Below, piece by piece: positions 24,928 to 37,900 of a DNA stretch of 64,000 nucleotides. The stretch is from Antedon mediterranea. Its lineage: Eukaryota; Animalia; Echinodermata. A program made the position numbers and the translations under genes. The stretch is taken from assembly GCF_964355755.1 (NCBI RefSeq), contig NC_092676.1, positions 6,487,888 through 6,551,887 on the forward strand. Direction: 5' to 3'. Below the pieces are notes generated by a model. That model was not told the origin of the DNA. It did no database searches and saw nothing but the letters and a program-made list of their open reading frames with translations. Within the stretch, counting starts at the first letter, position 1; every line of letters starts with the position of its first letter.

Positions 24928-26406
24928 CATAAAACATGATCCTGGTTCATCAGAGTCTTTGACTTCCAGGAACTCTGTATGAATGGCTCATCCTTCTTCT
25001 GATGTTATCTGATGAGTTGCCCCAAGATTTTTTATCAGGTTATCAGAGTCTTTGACTGCCATGAAATCATTGACAGTCTGTTAGAATGGTTCATCCACCT
25101 TCTGATGTCATCTGATATTAAAGTTTAACAGCAAGAATTTTGCTCTTGCTTGTGAGGGTCTTTGACTTCCAGGAAGTAGCTTCCAGCTTCTTCTGCTATC
25201 ATCTGCTTAGTTTTCCAGCAAGACTATCAATCTTCACCTTCTACTTCCCGGTACAAGTTGTCTACTCCCCATGTTTTAATGAAACTGTCGTCAAACTTGA
25301 ACTTGAGATACTTCTTGCCATCATTTCCTGCTATTGGATGGCCTTACTGGTGAGCTCAGTGTAGAAGATGAACTGGTAGGTGATGTTTTCTTCCACTTTG
25401 CATGATGGATGTCTGAAGCAACTTCTGAGCTATATAAAGAGTTTTACATTTTTATAAACTGGAAGTAGAGAAAAAACGTTGAACTCTAATGAAATTGAAA
25501 AGCTACATACAATGTAATAAAACGATATTTTTTCTTTTATTTAAGATTTGTTCATTGAATAACCAAAGTAATTTCTGAGCTAAATATAAAGTTTTGACAT
25601 GTATACAAATTTGAAAAGACAAAAAAAAACACAATTGAAATTCAACACTTGCAGTTGATTTAGTTTTTTTTTAATTTAAAAAAAAAAAATGCAAATTCTA
25701 AGATTTCTTATATTACAACATTGAGAAAGATATTTTTGGCAACCACTGATATTAGACATTATTTAGCCATGCTTAATGCCAATGGAATGTACAGTACTAC
25801 AACATTAGCAGTGTTTAAATCAGTTCATTCAACACCTGGCCTGCCTTCCTTTCATTTGACACATGAGATAATCTTGGTGTATTTGTCAAGTCTTTGACAT
25901 GCTCATGGTATTAAACAAAAGAATACACAGCATTGCACAATATTAAAATGGTGTAACATAAGTATTTTACGGAGAATGGAAGCATTTTGGATCGATCCCA
26001 AAACCTTCAGAGCAGTATCCTGGTACTCGTACCTCTAAACTACACCATTATTGAGCACTGATTCCATGTGAAAGTCAGTTGTTACTTCTTATGAAAATGT
26101 GAAATACTTCATTGAACATTGAAAGAATATAAAATAAACAGCTGAAATAAACTAGGCCTGAGACAATAAATTAATCAGATCTCAAGTATTGGGGAGGTGA
26201 AATATCATTTTCTTACCACTACCTTATTCTAAATTTTAGAGATTCATTGCTATTACATCGGTGCTGCATACCCCCTCATCCTACAACACATCCCACAAAT
26301 CAATGTATTAAACAATTAATTAATAAGATAGAAAAATATTTTTTGCAGTTGGAAAATTCACAAATTCCTTACATTAAAAAAAAAAGGTGAGCATACAATA
26401 GAGATT

Positions 26407-26548
26407 ATTAAAATAGGAGTAAATAATGCATGACATGTGATACAAAATAACCAATAAAATGGCAAGGATACACATTGTTTAAAATAGGAGTAAATAATGC
26501 ATGACATGTGATACAAAATAACCAATAAAATGGCAAGCATACACATTG
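26407..26548. repeat. ~71-bp direct tandem duplication
   Basis: ttaaaataggagtaaataatgcatgacatgtgatacaaaataaccaataaaatggcaag occurs twice. Confidence 0.85.
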
Positions 26549-26929
26549 TGTTACATAAAACAGTACTGTCTGTCAATTTCTCTGTTCAGACTATCTGTCA
26601 CCAGAAATATATAACATTACTTTTTGACAGTGTGAATATGACACGGCAAACACGTCATAACTCTATAATTGTATACATTACATTTTCAAGGCTGTAATTC
26701 ATTTGTGTAAAGTTGTCGTCCTAATAACATTGCAAAGTGATTTTGTGATTACAAATATAGCATGTGATTGTGATGTCATTGATGAGATCATAATACCAAA
26801 TATGGCCATGTAATTTTGTGTTCTAGTTATTACTTGATACAGTAATTTTAAGTGGTCTTAAGTCTTTAATTCACAACTATAATTCATCGGAATCTTTTAT
26901 TGGATAGACCACCAAGTTGAAATACTAAA

Positions 26930-27366
26930 TCACATTTGTTTGATTTTGTTTTTAAAAATATACTAATCACTTCTGTCGCGAATAAAAACCTGAAAAGATA
27001 ATGTTTTCACTTTTGAAGGGTTAAAATTAACCAAAACCCATTGGACGACAGCCATTTTGACTTTTTTTTTTTTAAATTAGATTTTTTCAGGTAAATCATT
27101 TTTTTAATCCAATTTTAGGTCGAAGTGAATAACTATTATGTGAAATTAAAATGGCATAGTCAACAATTTTTCAGAGAGACAATATATCTTTAAAGGTGTT
27201 GTGTCTTCCAAAAACATGAAAAATAAAGATTAATAAAATCAGATTTTTTTTAATAACTTTTGCCGAACCTAATCTAATTTTTGGTCAAAATGAAGAACTA
27301 TTATGGAACATCAAAATGAAATATTCAACAACAAAATATGAACACAATTTTTCATAGGGACAATCT
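26930..27366. mobile_element. Two adjacent degraded copies of the TTAA-flanked MITE family D
   Basis: agagacaatatatct|TTAA|aggtgttgtgtc junction at ~27175-27205; internal similarity to 38126 and 51520. Confidence 0.55.
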
Positions 27367-27553
27367 TATGTTTCTTATGATTTCAATACTTTTCCAATAA
27401 AATTATTTCCTTAATTGTTGTGAAGAATTTTATAGTATTTATATTTTTATTATTTGGAATGGGTAGTGACTCTGATTTAAAGTGCTTTCTATTTGGTTAA
27501 TATAACATTTTTTAGAAGAATAGAATTATTACTACAGTGTATTATTATCTATT

Positions 27554-28200
27554 CCTATAACAAAAAGTCTTAGTAGATATAGCTCTATATCTATTAGCCT
27601 TATAAGTTATCGCCTTTATAGATATAGCTCTATAACTATCTAAGCACCTACTAATAAGTAGATTTTAGGCAGATTTTAGATAGGTCCTAATAGGTTTTAC
27701 CTCATTAGCATAATTCAAAACCCCCGCTAATAGTATTAGATAGATTTTTCACTGTTTTTAATCTCTGAGTATACACAGTTGTATACATCTATCTATTGTC
27801 TACTTTATAATAGCTATACCAAGGGCTACCAGCAACCTATAGACATACTGTAAACAAACTGATAATAGCCAGTAACTGTTAATAAACTATCTATTTTACT
27901 TACAATAGATAGATATGGACTACCAGATAGCTATTAGAAATCTATGAGTATCATATCTATCAACTGTCTACTTATAATAGCTATACTAGGGCTACCAATA
28001 ACCTATCAATAGACTTAACAAATAATTAATAGCCAGTAACTATCTATTTTTTATAGCTGGGAACTTGTCATTCCATCGTTGACTCGTTAAAATCCTTAGT
28101 AGGCGAGATAAAAAGGTCTACTTAAAAACTATTAGGGCTACTAAAAATAGAGCTATTTCTACTTACGACTACTTAAATCTACTAATTTTTTTTGCTATGG
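27554..28200. mobile_element. Non-autonomous DNA element with imperfect TIRs and an internal ~130-bp duplication
   Basis: Left cctataacaaaaagtcttagtagatatagctct vs right agagctatttctact..ctactaattttttttgctatggg; internal 'tctatc..tgtctactt.ataatagctatac..agggctacca' occurs twice. Confidence 0.55.
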
Positions 28201-29146
28201 GTTGATAAATTCCGTCCAGATCTTCCTATCTTTATCCATCCACCGACATTGGGACAGTTTGGTATACTTTTATATGTTAATATTGGAAATGGGAAAGTAA
28301 TGTTACCTACAGTATATATTTTTTATTTATATTTTTTTTGATAAATTCCTAATCTTTGTCCATCCACTGACAATGGGATACAAGTAGTAAAAGAAAATAA
28401 TTTTTATCATATCATATATAAAAATGTATTTGTTGGAAAATAAATTATTTGAATATCATTTGTTTCATTTTTTTATTAAAATAATTTTTTAAAGTAAACT
28501 TTTATTTTAATACTGACTTTATTTTTAGCCAAATATTATTTAAGGATTATTATTATGTGTGTTACCTTTTTTAACTTAAATTTGTATTATAACTTTTTCT
28601 TTAAATGATATTGACTTCAATCAACTGTAATCACTCTTCCTGCAGTAGAACCGCTTACTTTTGACACCCCTATTAAAGGGACACTTTTTTTCATGAAATA
28701 AACCTGGAGCTATGTTTGAACACTACAGTCTGCTCCCTTTAAAGGGACACTCCTCTTTCCTCTTAGTAAGCTGTTTTTAGGTAAAAAAAATGTTTTGTTT
28801 GTTCTCAAAATAAACCGAATACACTGCACCTGCACTAGTTTCCAATATATAAATTGAACTTCTGTTTAAATTTAGAAGAAGTATGTTTGTTTATCTGCTA
28901 ATTTGAGATTTTCTATTAATAGATCTCTAACCACATAGCTATATTATTTTTAATATGTCGCCCATAAAGATAGTAATTGAAGTTTATTAGGAATTTTTAG
29001 CCTGTGGCAATTTGCAACACCTATCACTTAATCCTAATATACCATACTGCTATCGAAACAGGCCTGTATAGAAAATCTGACGCTTAATAATCTACAAAAT
29101 ACTACAGTTAATAGTTTTACGTCTGAAAAAACTCTTCAAAAACTAA

Positions 29147-29255
29147 AGCTCTGTCTACACTATCAAACTAGTTTGACAAAAAAAGTGTGCCCAAATATGG
29201 TAGTGATATGATTGACATTTTTTGTCATAAAGTTAGATAGTGTATAGACAGAGCT
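29147..29255. mobile_element. MITE family A copy
   Basis: AGCTCTGTCTACACTATCAAAC...AGACAGAGCT with TAA/TTA flanks; one CCAAATATGG. Confidence 0.85.
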
Positions 29256-31683
29256 TTATGCAATAAAAGATCTTTGGCTTGTTTGTGTTTCTTGTGTTTT
29301 CCTGCAACCAATTGTTTTCCAGATCATTGAAGCAAAACATGACCTTGCTGTTCTGTTTTTAATCATCTAAACACCTCAACCTAATTAGAAACTTGTTCAC
29401 AACTCATTTAGCATCTTGAATCAAATAAAATGTTTCATCACCTCAGTTTAAGATAGGAAATGAATTGGTCAAAGGTCAACAGATTTAATTACCACACAGC
29501 TCAGCTGTTGGAGTGTCCTTCGTAATGTCATATTGTTTGACAGAACATTCAGATGAATATTATTTTGCATATTTTAAATACAGTTATTTGAGTAACTACA
29601 GAAACATCTAGAACGCTCGCAAAACACCATTCTGAGAGAGTAACGCCAGTTCGAAGCCTCGTCTCCTCAGTCATGCTTCACTACACTCGTGTCCGTCATA
29701 TCAACATAATTAACAAATGTTTTCTAATAATACATTTAATCTAATAATACATCTTAATATGTTTTTTATGTAAAGTATCATCATTTTTAATTTAAAAAAA
29801 GTGTATCTTTGGAAAAAAAAGTATTTTATTAAATTAATAATTTAAAATTTAATTAATTTATAAATTTTTTGGTATAGAAACTGTGTCCATTTTGGGTACT
29901 ATTTATCTCTAGATCTTCGCTGTTTTGTAGTTTTTACAGTATTTTTCAAATACCTGTACAGATATTCGAAATTAAAGAGGACAAATTTGGTACCATAATG
30001 GCTTTTTAGTTGTTTGTATTTCTATAATTAGAATAATCATCATTTTACCAAATCTATGTCATCATGATGTTGGTCCCTAATTAAAATATATTGTAATTTA
30101 TATATCTTTATTAGGAAATATTTAGTTACCTAAAAAACAATTTTGTTTGTGCCAAATTTTAATTCCTCAGTTAATAATCATTGAATTATTTCATTATAAT
30201 ATCCACAAGTGACACATTAGTTTCCATCAGGTACATTATCATTTCATCTGTCATACTTTCATATGTTAAAGTCTAATCATGTTTTCATGACAGGAGTACT
30301 GTGCACATTAATATAGATTCTTTCTTAGTGACCCATTCATTATTTCATTACAGTAACTATTTTGACAAATGATAAAAGATAATTTGCCAATTACCTTTCA
30401 AGTACCAAAGTGTTTTTTATAATTACCAGTGGTTTGGTGGGAGAGTTCATTTAAGGGACATATTCATAGGTGGATCGACCTACCTGGCTCCCATATTTTT
30501 AAGATTGGAATAAGGAAAAATGTTGTGTTAAAAGCTTATAAACGGAATTTAGAAACATCTAATTGAATGCATTTATTTCAAAGAAAGCATCCCAATAATA
30601 CTGTAGTGGTGTCCCCTGAAGAGAGGTGTCCCAAAATTATATATTCCTAGTTTAGTAATGAAATGCAAATAAGTAAAAATCCTTGTGTTGCTTTACTGTA
30701 GCTGACACTTAACTGTTTGTTTTCCATCACTGGACACATCAGGTGTTCTGTCAAATGAAATAATATTTACATTGACTGTTATTAATTGCAGATCTTACTT
30801 ATATCTTGTTTCTTTAAACACATAGTAGCAGAACACCCACGTACTAATTTGACATCAAAGGAACAGTGGCTTTATAGACATTTTTACATGTTTTATAATA
30901 CAAATACATAATTTTTATGAGCTACTGTATTCAATTTAAAAAAAATATATATATTTTTGTTTATTTTTTAGAGAGATAAATGTCATTTCCTGCCTGGTGG
31001 TAAAAGTTGTAAAAATAATTATATTTATTATTGCTGTTTAAATTTGATGTTGATAAGTGCATAAATATTATTTGGCAAGGGTGTAAGAAAAAGGCTTTCT
31101 TCTCTGCTCTAAAAAGGTCCACAAACCTAGGGAATTACACTTGTTGATGCCTTACTGTAACAAAACAAATTTTACGTTTAAACAAAGTCCTTTTTAAATA
31201 TTTATCTATTTCGTCCTAAGGTGTATTTTATTCATAGACATTAATTTATTTATAATAAATAGATGTTAATTTTATTTTTATATTTTACTCATTAAATCTA
31301 ATTGAGAGGCTACAATTGATAGCAGTTTATTTATGTAACCACTTAAAAACAAATTCAGCAATTTTGATTTCTTTTGGTATTTTTGTTCCTGTGTATTTGT
31401 AAACTAATAAACAGTTCTTATTTAACTCAATAAAACATGTCTACCAACTTATTTGGAAACAATGTTTTATTTATCACAAGGCATTAATTTCTGGTTATCC
31501 TTCAAGTTTCTAGAGTTTTCCAAACTTCCATTCAAAAGATATCTTGTGAATTAATCACAGTTTACTTAGCCTGCCAACATTTGATGTCCAAATGGGGATG
31601 CTAGCCACTCTCCCAACTCCAACATTGAATACCAGTCTGCTATGACATCAACCATCTAATAATAGAATTTGATTAACCTTTAA

Positions 31684-31780
31684 GTAAGCCCTATATAAGG
31701 TCATAACTCCACCCTCCCATTGCTGTAAGCCCCATATATAGGCAAAACTCCACCTACTTAATGAAACTTCAACCAATCGG
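31684..31780 (+). promoter_or_regulatory. Putative promoter of the transgelin-like gene: duplicated CArG-like/TATA module plus CCAAT
   Basis: gtaagccctatataaggtcataactccacc and gtaagccccatatataggcaaaactccacc, then CCAATCGG. A donor AG|GTGAGT at 31834 and an acceptor at 31947 define a possible short 5'UTR intron. Confidence 0.55.
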
Positions 31781-31977
31781 ATGCTTGTAACAGGTAATTA
31801 TGTCATAGCTGGTAGGCAGTGCAATATGATAAGGTGAGTGGAATGTCTTGTTTATAGAGAAGACATCTTTAGATTTTTCCTTCACTTCACTTCTACATTT
31901 CTTGTCACGAACTGTTAATTGTTTCGTTGCTTGTTTCTTATTTTTAGGAATCGTACTAGTGCAGTCAAAAAATCAAA

Positions 31978-34900
31978 ATGGCTTCCCAAGGTCCATCATT
32001 CGGAATGTCTGCTGAAGTTAAAAGAAAGGTAACTTTTTTTTAAGATTTTAATTTAAAAAGTGTTTGCATTTGTTGTTATGTTATGTGTCATGTTAATATA
32101 ATTATTTTAATTAGTTGATAGCTAAAGTTTGATATTTTGATGCACATTTACTTGTGAAATTTACATAAATCTTTCTAATAGAGAGTGATCTGAGAGGGTG
32201 AAAAATTATGGGCGGCATTAATTTCCATTGCAATTATGGTCTCATTGAAAAGAACCTTTTTACAAATTCCCAAGATTTGACAAGGCAACCGCCATCAAAG
32301 TCTTCTGCGCAGTCTTCTACAGCTTGTTTAAGGCTTTCATGACAGCCACTGCATGCCAACCTTACTTCACCCACCCCTGTATACAGTAATAGATAAACTC
32401 TGATTGAGCATGAAACATTGTAGTATTTCAATGTGTTTATACAGTAGAAGGTCACCCACCCCAACCCCTCTTTTGACACCCATATTCAGTGGTTACCCCT
32501 ATGAAGGGGATACCTCATTAAAAGGACATTTTCCTGGGAAATATGTGTATACGGCCAACATCTCTAGTAAAAGGACCCTCTGTGGTGTCCCCTTGATAGG
32601 TGTTCTTCTATTGCAGTTTGCACAATATCAGAAAAAGTACACAATATCAACTGATTGACACGTCTCTTATCACTATTACATTCCCTCAAATTTAAAAAGG
32701 TTTGAATCTCGTTATTGCGTGGATCACAGAATTATTTTTAAATTGAAACTCGGTTTGACATACTGTGCTAAGCTGTGTTTGAAACATTCTTAGCATTCCA
32801 CATCTGTATTGGTGAGGAAAGCACATTTTCAAGTTTATAATGGATGAACTAAGAGGTACAGTACTAGGATGCACCCCACCTAAACCCTACACCCCTCTTT
32901 CCTTCAATTCAAACTGATAACATTTCTTTTAGGTATTGTTAACTGGGGTTCACTGGCATTAAAACAAAAGTTTATTTAGTAGGAGTTTCATGACATTAAT
33001 CTTGTAATGTACTACCTTTTATCTCCCTTTTCCCCCATAAAACATCTGTTGCTATTTTGTGGCTTTTCACAAAATAGCAACAGACATTTTACCCATCATA
33101 ATTATGTTGACTTGACGCAGGCCTCTATTGCCTTCAAAAATATCTTTTATTTGTATCAGAGTAAACATGCAGGCATATAAGAGGATCTTGAAATAATTTC
33201 ATTTGGATCCTAATATTATAGAAAAGTTTTTTCTTTTTTGTTGATCCAATATATTATTATTATTATTATTATTATTACTTGTATAGCGCACATTTATACA
33301 ACATTTAATTATAATCAGCGGCGCTTCACATCAATTAGTATCGTAACATTTTTTGAAATATAGTGCTTTTAAATGTTTTTTAAACTGATTATAGTCGTCT
33401 AAGTGCTTAATGTGACTTGGTAATCTGTTCCAAATTTTGGGTCCTGCTACGGCGAACGAACGGTCAGCAAATGTCTTTCGTTTAGTTCGTGGGATTGTCA
33501 GGTTATAATTGCTGGTGCTTGAACGAGTACTGCGAGAAACATTCCGCACAGTAAGAATATCTCTCAAGTAACTTGGAGCGGAACCTTTAAGCGAACGCCA
33601 TACAAGACGCTATTTTATATAGATTGAAAGTACTGAAAATGGTACTAATAAAAATGCTTCGCAAACAAATTTAAAACAAAATTTTCACAAACAATCAGTA
33701 GACTGTTGATATTGGTTACAGTCTGGTCACCATTATTTAGTACCTTTGATCTTATTGGATCAACAAGAACGAAAATTTCTCTTTTATATCCAGAGAAGTA
33801 AACCCATCAACACAATAGTTATGATAATATAAAAAATAGATAGATTTATGATTTAATTTATGTGTGTTTCAGTTCTCCTTTCTGTTTTAGAGAAACATAG
33901 TTAGTGATGAATGTAATGTTTCATTTTTATTATTGTTTTAATTATAATTTTATTTATGTACAGATGTATAGTATATAGTAGAGTACTCAGCGTAGTAAAC
34001 ATGTTTTAATTTAAGTTATTTTATTGGTCATCCAGGTGCCATAAGCATTTAACATTTTTTAACATACCCTTTTTATATAACCCTTTTATATTACCCTTTT
34101 TATGTTACCCTATAATGTCATGTGAATGTTGGATAGAAAAAAAATTTAAACCAAAATATTAAAATATTTTTTTATTCAAATAATTTTCAATTATATATAA
34201 AAAGGAAAAATTATTTTAATTATTATGCATAGTTAATTACTCATTCAATTTAATTAAATTGTTGACTAGAGAACATGTAATTAATAAACAATAATTAGTT
34301 ATTTTTAATGTTTTTTTTATTATAATTTTGAAATTTCCCTATGCGTACATAATCTGAAGCCTTGGGGCTAGGCCAGTCACGGAGTTGATGGTGTTATCGC
34401 AAAAGCTATCGTGATCATTCTATAAATGGATATGAAATGGTTCATGCTAATTCATAGCTGGAATTCCAGAAGGAGACAGATGATAAAGCTGTGTGTTGAC
34501 CTATGACCTTTCACTTGAGGTTCACATTTCAGTTGTATGTCAGATTTATGAAGGCTTATTGACTGTAGGTAGGATGGACACACATAATTTATGAATATCG
34601 TTTGGTGGTATCGTAGCAGTAGTTGGAGAGAGTTGGGGTTGCAGAAGGGGGTTTCGGAAGGGAAGGGGAAGAATTTATTTGTGTGCTCCTTTGTTTTTTT
34701 AAGGTCACATGACATAACTTGTTTGCGGATCATGCGTTAATGTATATAAAAGAATATATGTTTTTAATTTTTAGATAAAAAAAATTGTCTGTATCTAATT
34801 ATGAGAAAAATGGAAAAATCGGTCAACCATGCATTGTCTAGCCCTGCAAATTGTTCTTTATTTGACATTTAATTTGGTTCATCAAACTGGTAAACATATT

Positions 34901-37900
34901 ATGTTGTTAAATTTAACAATCAAACTTAAGATAATATTGCGTTGGTTGTAAACATAATATGTAAATACAAAAAGTAAACTGGCTGTAATAATTAGGCTTA
35001 CTTTTTAAATTTCTCAACAATAAAAATAATAAATTTTGCAATCAATCTATGCAATTAATGTCATGTCAAATCAAGTTTATTTTTATCTTTCCAATATCCA
35101 AAATATAAATAAAGTTTTATAGAAATAGAGTAACTATTAGATGCCATGGTTTTTGAGTGATTTGATTGGCTGAAAGTTGTTTCTTACTTTATAAGACCAT
35201 TTCTGCCTTAATTTCAAAGTGTAAACTCAAAGCTGAAATTGAGGTCATACGACATCATCTCAGCCTCCTACTGGCATGGTCTTGGTTATTTCTTAATTTT
35301 CCCTTATTAAACTTTATTGGTAATATGGATGACTGCTGTGGACAGGTGATTGTGGTGTCCTGTTTGTTATCACCTAGGCTTTATTAAGTCTCTTGTTACT
35401 CTGAACACTAATCAGATTGGTTGTGAAAAGAAGAAAGATTATTGAAAAATACAGTAAACGGTTGTCGTTACAAAATGGATTATCTCTTGATATTACTAGG
35501 CTTAGTGTATCTGCATAGAAGTTCACTGTTGTGATGATTATTATAGGAAGATGTTCTCAATGAGGGGTCTAAAACACCTGATAAACGGGTCAATGTAAAC
35601 ACGAAGCACTAAAAGAATAGACCAATATAACAACAATTGCTCAGCTACTGTTTAGGAACCATGTTTTCTTTGATCTTAATATAACTTGTATTTGCATGTT
35701 ATCTCTAGTCCTATTTATTTTTCCCTGAGGCGGATGGAGTTATTATTAAAAATGTACATTTAGGAGTACAAATCATCATCAATATAATTCAGTATTAGGT
35801 CAAACAGTTTTTTTTATCATCCAGAAAATACTGTTTTTATTTTCTCATCCCTATGTAACTCCCACCATTAGATTCTAGCACAAACTGGATAACTTTTGGG
35901 GTGTGGGGAATTGGTGCAATATAAATGTTTGATTATCATTTTATGGCGTTGGTCATTTTTAAAGATTTTATAGGCACCACTCTCTGTAACAAATTTCTCA
36001 CAATCTCATCAGTATTTGTCACTATACATTCCACTGCTTGGATGGATGCCAGACGTCACAGATGTTGTGAATACACTATATTATTAATATTTCTCTAATT
36101 AATCTTTGATCGTGAAAAGGTCACATGTTTAGAATTAGCAGACTTGGTCCATGGATCACTTTAAAGCATCACGAACGTCCTGGCTTTATATGCTAACTTA
36201 GTGTTTCAGGTCTTTATCCTGTTTACAGTGTAATGCTGTTTTATGGTACATAAAGAACTTGTTATAACAGCAAAAAATATATTTAAACTGTCAAATCCTT
36301 TATTATTTAGTAGAATAATTTGACAGTATTTAAACTGTCAAATTAGGTTATTTTTGTAAGCAAGGTATATAAATTGTCAACTACTGTATTATTTATTTAT
36401 TCCAATGTTCTACAGTATTTGCCCTGTCAAATACTGTATTATTTATTTATATTCCAGTATTTATCAGCATTTAACTTGTCAACTACTATATTATTTATTT
36501 ATTCCAGTATTTGACAGTATTTAAACTGTCAAAACTATATTATTTATTTATTCGACAGTATTTGACAGTATAATTAAACTGTCAAATACTGTATTGTTTA
36601 CAGTGAGGGATCCAGAATTGTTTAAATTGTTGGGGTGGTGCCCAGGTATCTTATTTCAATTTTGCAAAATGGATTCACCTATGTTCTTCGCAGTTTTTGA
36701 CAGTATTTTAATCTGTCAAATGGATAAGCGTATTTAAAATTTACTTTCAGATACTGAATTAATTTATTAGACTACAGACTCTAAAACTCTAAAAAAGATC
36801 AACTCTTAAAGTGTTATATTAATACAGTAAAACTCTTTATGTTAAAACTCAAAAGAAGATATTTGTTTGTTTTATTGTACTGAACATACTTTACCAGAAC
36901 AATACTACTATTCTGTTAAACTACAGGTAGCTGACATGCACTGTACAAAATTGCAGTAAAATGAGCTGTTTGAAATATTTTAACCATATTTAGCAAAGTG
37001 CACTCTAATCTTCCAGCAGTTGAACTCAATTACTTTAGTGTTGATTGGATACCAGGGAATTTGATAATCATGGTATCAATTTAAACAGTTTACTGGTCTT
37101 TCAAGTGTCTCATTTGGTCATTAAGGCATGTTTTGTGGGTTGAACTATGACTTTATTTATTTGGTGTGTAACAAATAGGAGAAGGCTGTGCCAATTTGTT
37201 CTTCCTAAAGCGTGGTTCCCACTAGCAACGCAATGCAAGGACGTAACGCAACGCAAGGACGTAACGCAACGCAAGTGAATTGACCAATCACAAGCGATGG
37301 CTTATTCGCTTGTGATTGCTAACTGTCTATAACTTCGCTTGCCATTGGTTAAAATGCTTGCGTTGCGTTTACGTACTTGCGTTACGTTCTAGTGGGAACC
37401 AAGCTTTAGATATGTAACCATTAAGAAATACATAATAAACTAAGCGAATAAAGCAGGACTTTTTATAAATGTATTATTGGTTAGAAGTTTTTTTTCTAGA
37501 GAAAATGTTTTTTAACAATTGTGGTTAAAGTGTTAAAATTTGAAATCCGAAATACAGTTTACCTTCTAAACCTTCCATTTTGTATTGGTATTGGAAAAAA
37601 ATCTCATTTTACCTACAACTGTTACATTCATATTGTGTAATGGATGCAACTTTTCTTGTTGAATCAATTACATTTTTCCAGCATACATTTGTTATAGAGT
37701 TATCTAAAAGTGATTAATCTAAAAGTTATATACAATAAGACTAAATATTGTGTACATGATCATTTTTTTTAATTTTAAAAACAATTAAATTTATTATGTC
37801 TTTTAATTTACAGCTAGATGGTAAAAGAAATCCTGAACAGGAGCAGAAAGTGAGAGAATTTATTGAGTTCCATCTTGGTGAGCCATTCCCTTCAGACAAC

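Noticed and set aside
24925-24940. MFI TGA as selenocysteine or readthrough codon
   Set aside because: It lies beyond the conserved region, a second in-frame TGA follows four codons later, and I recognised no SECIS.
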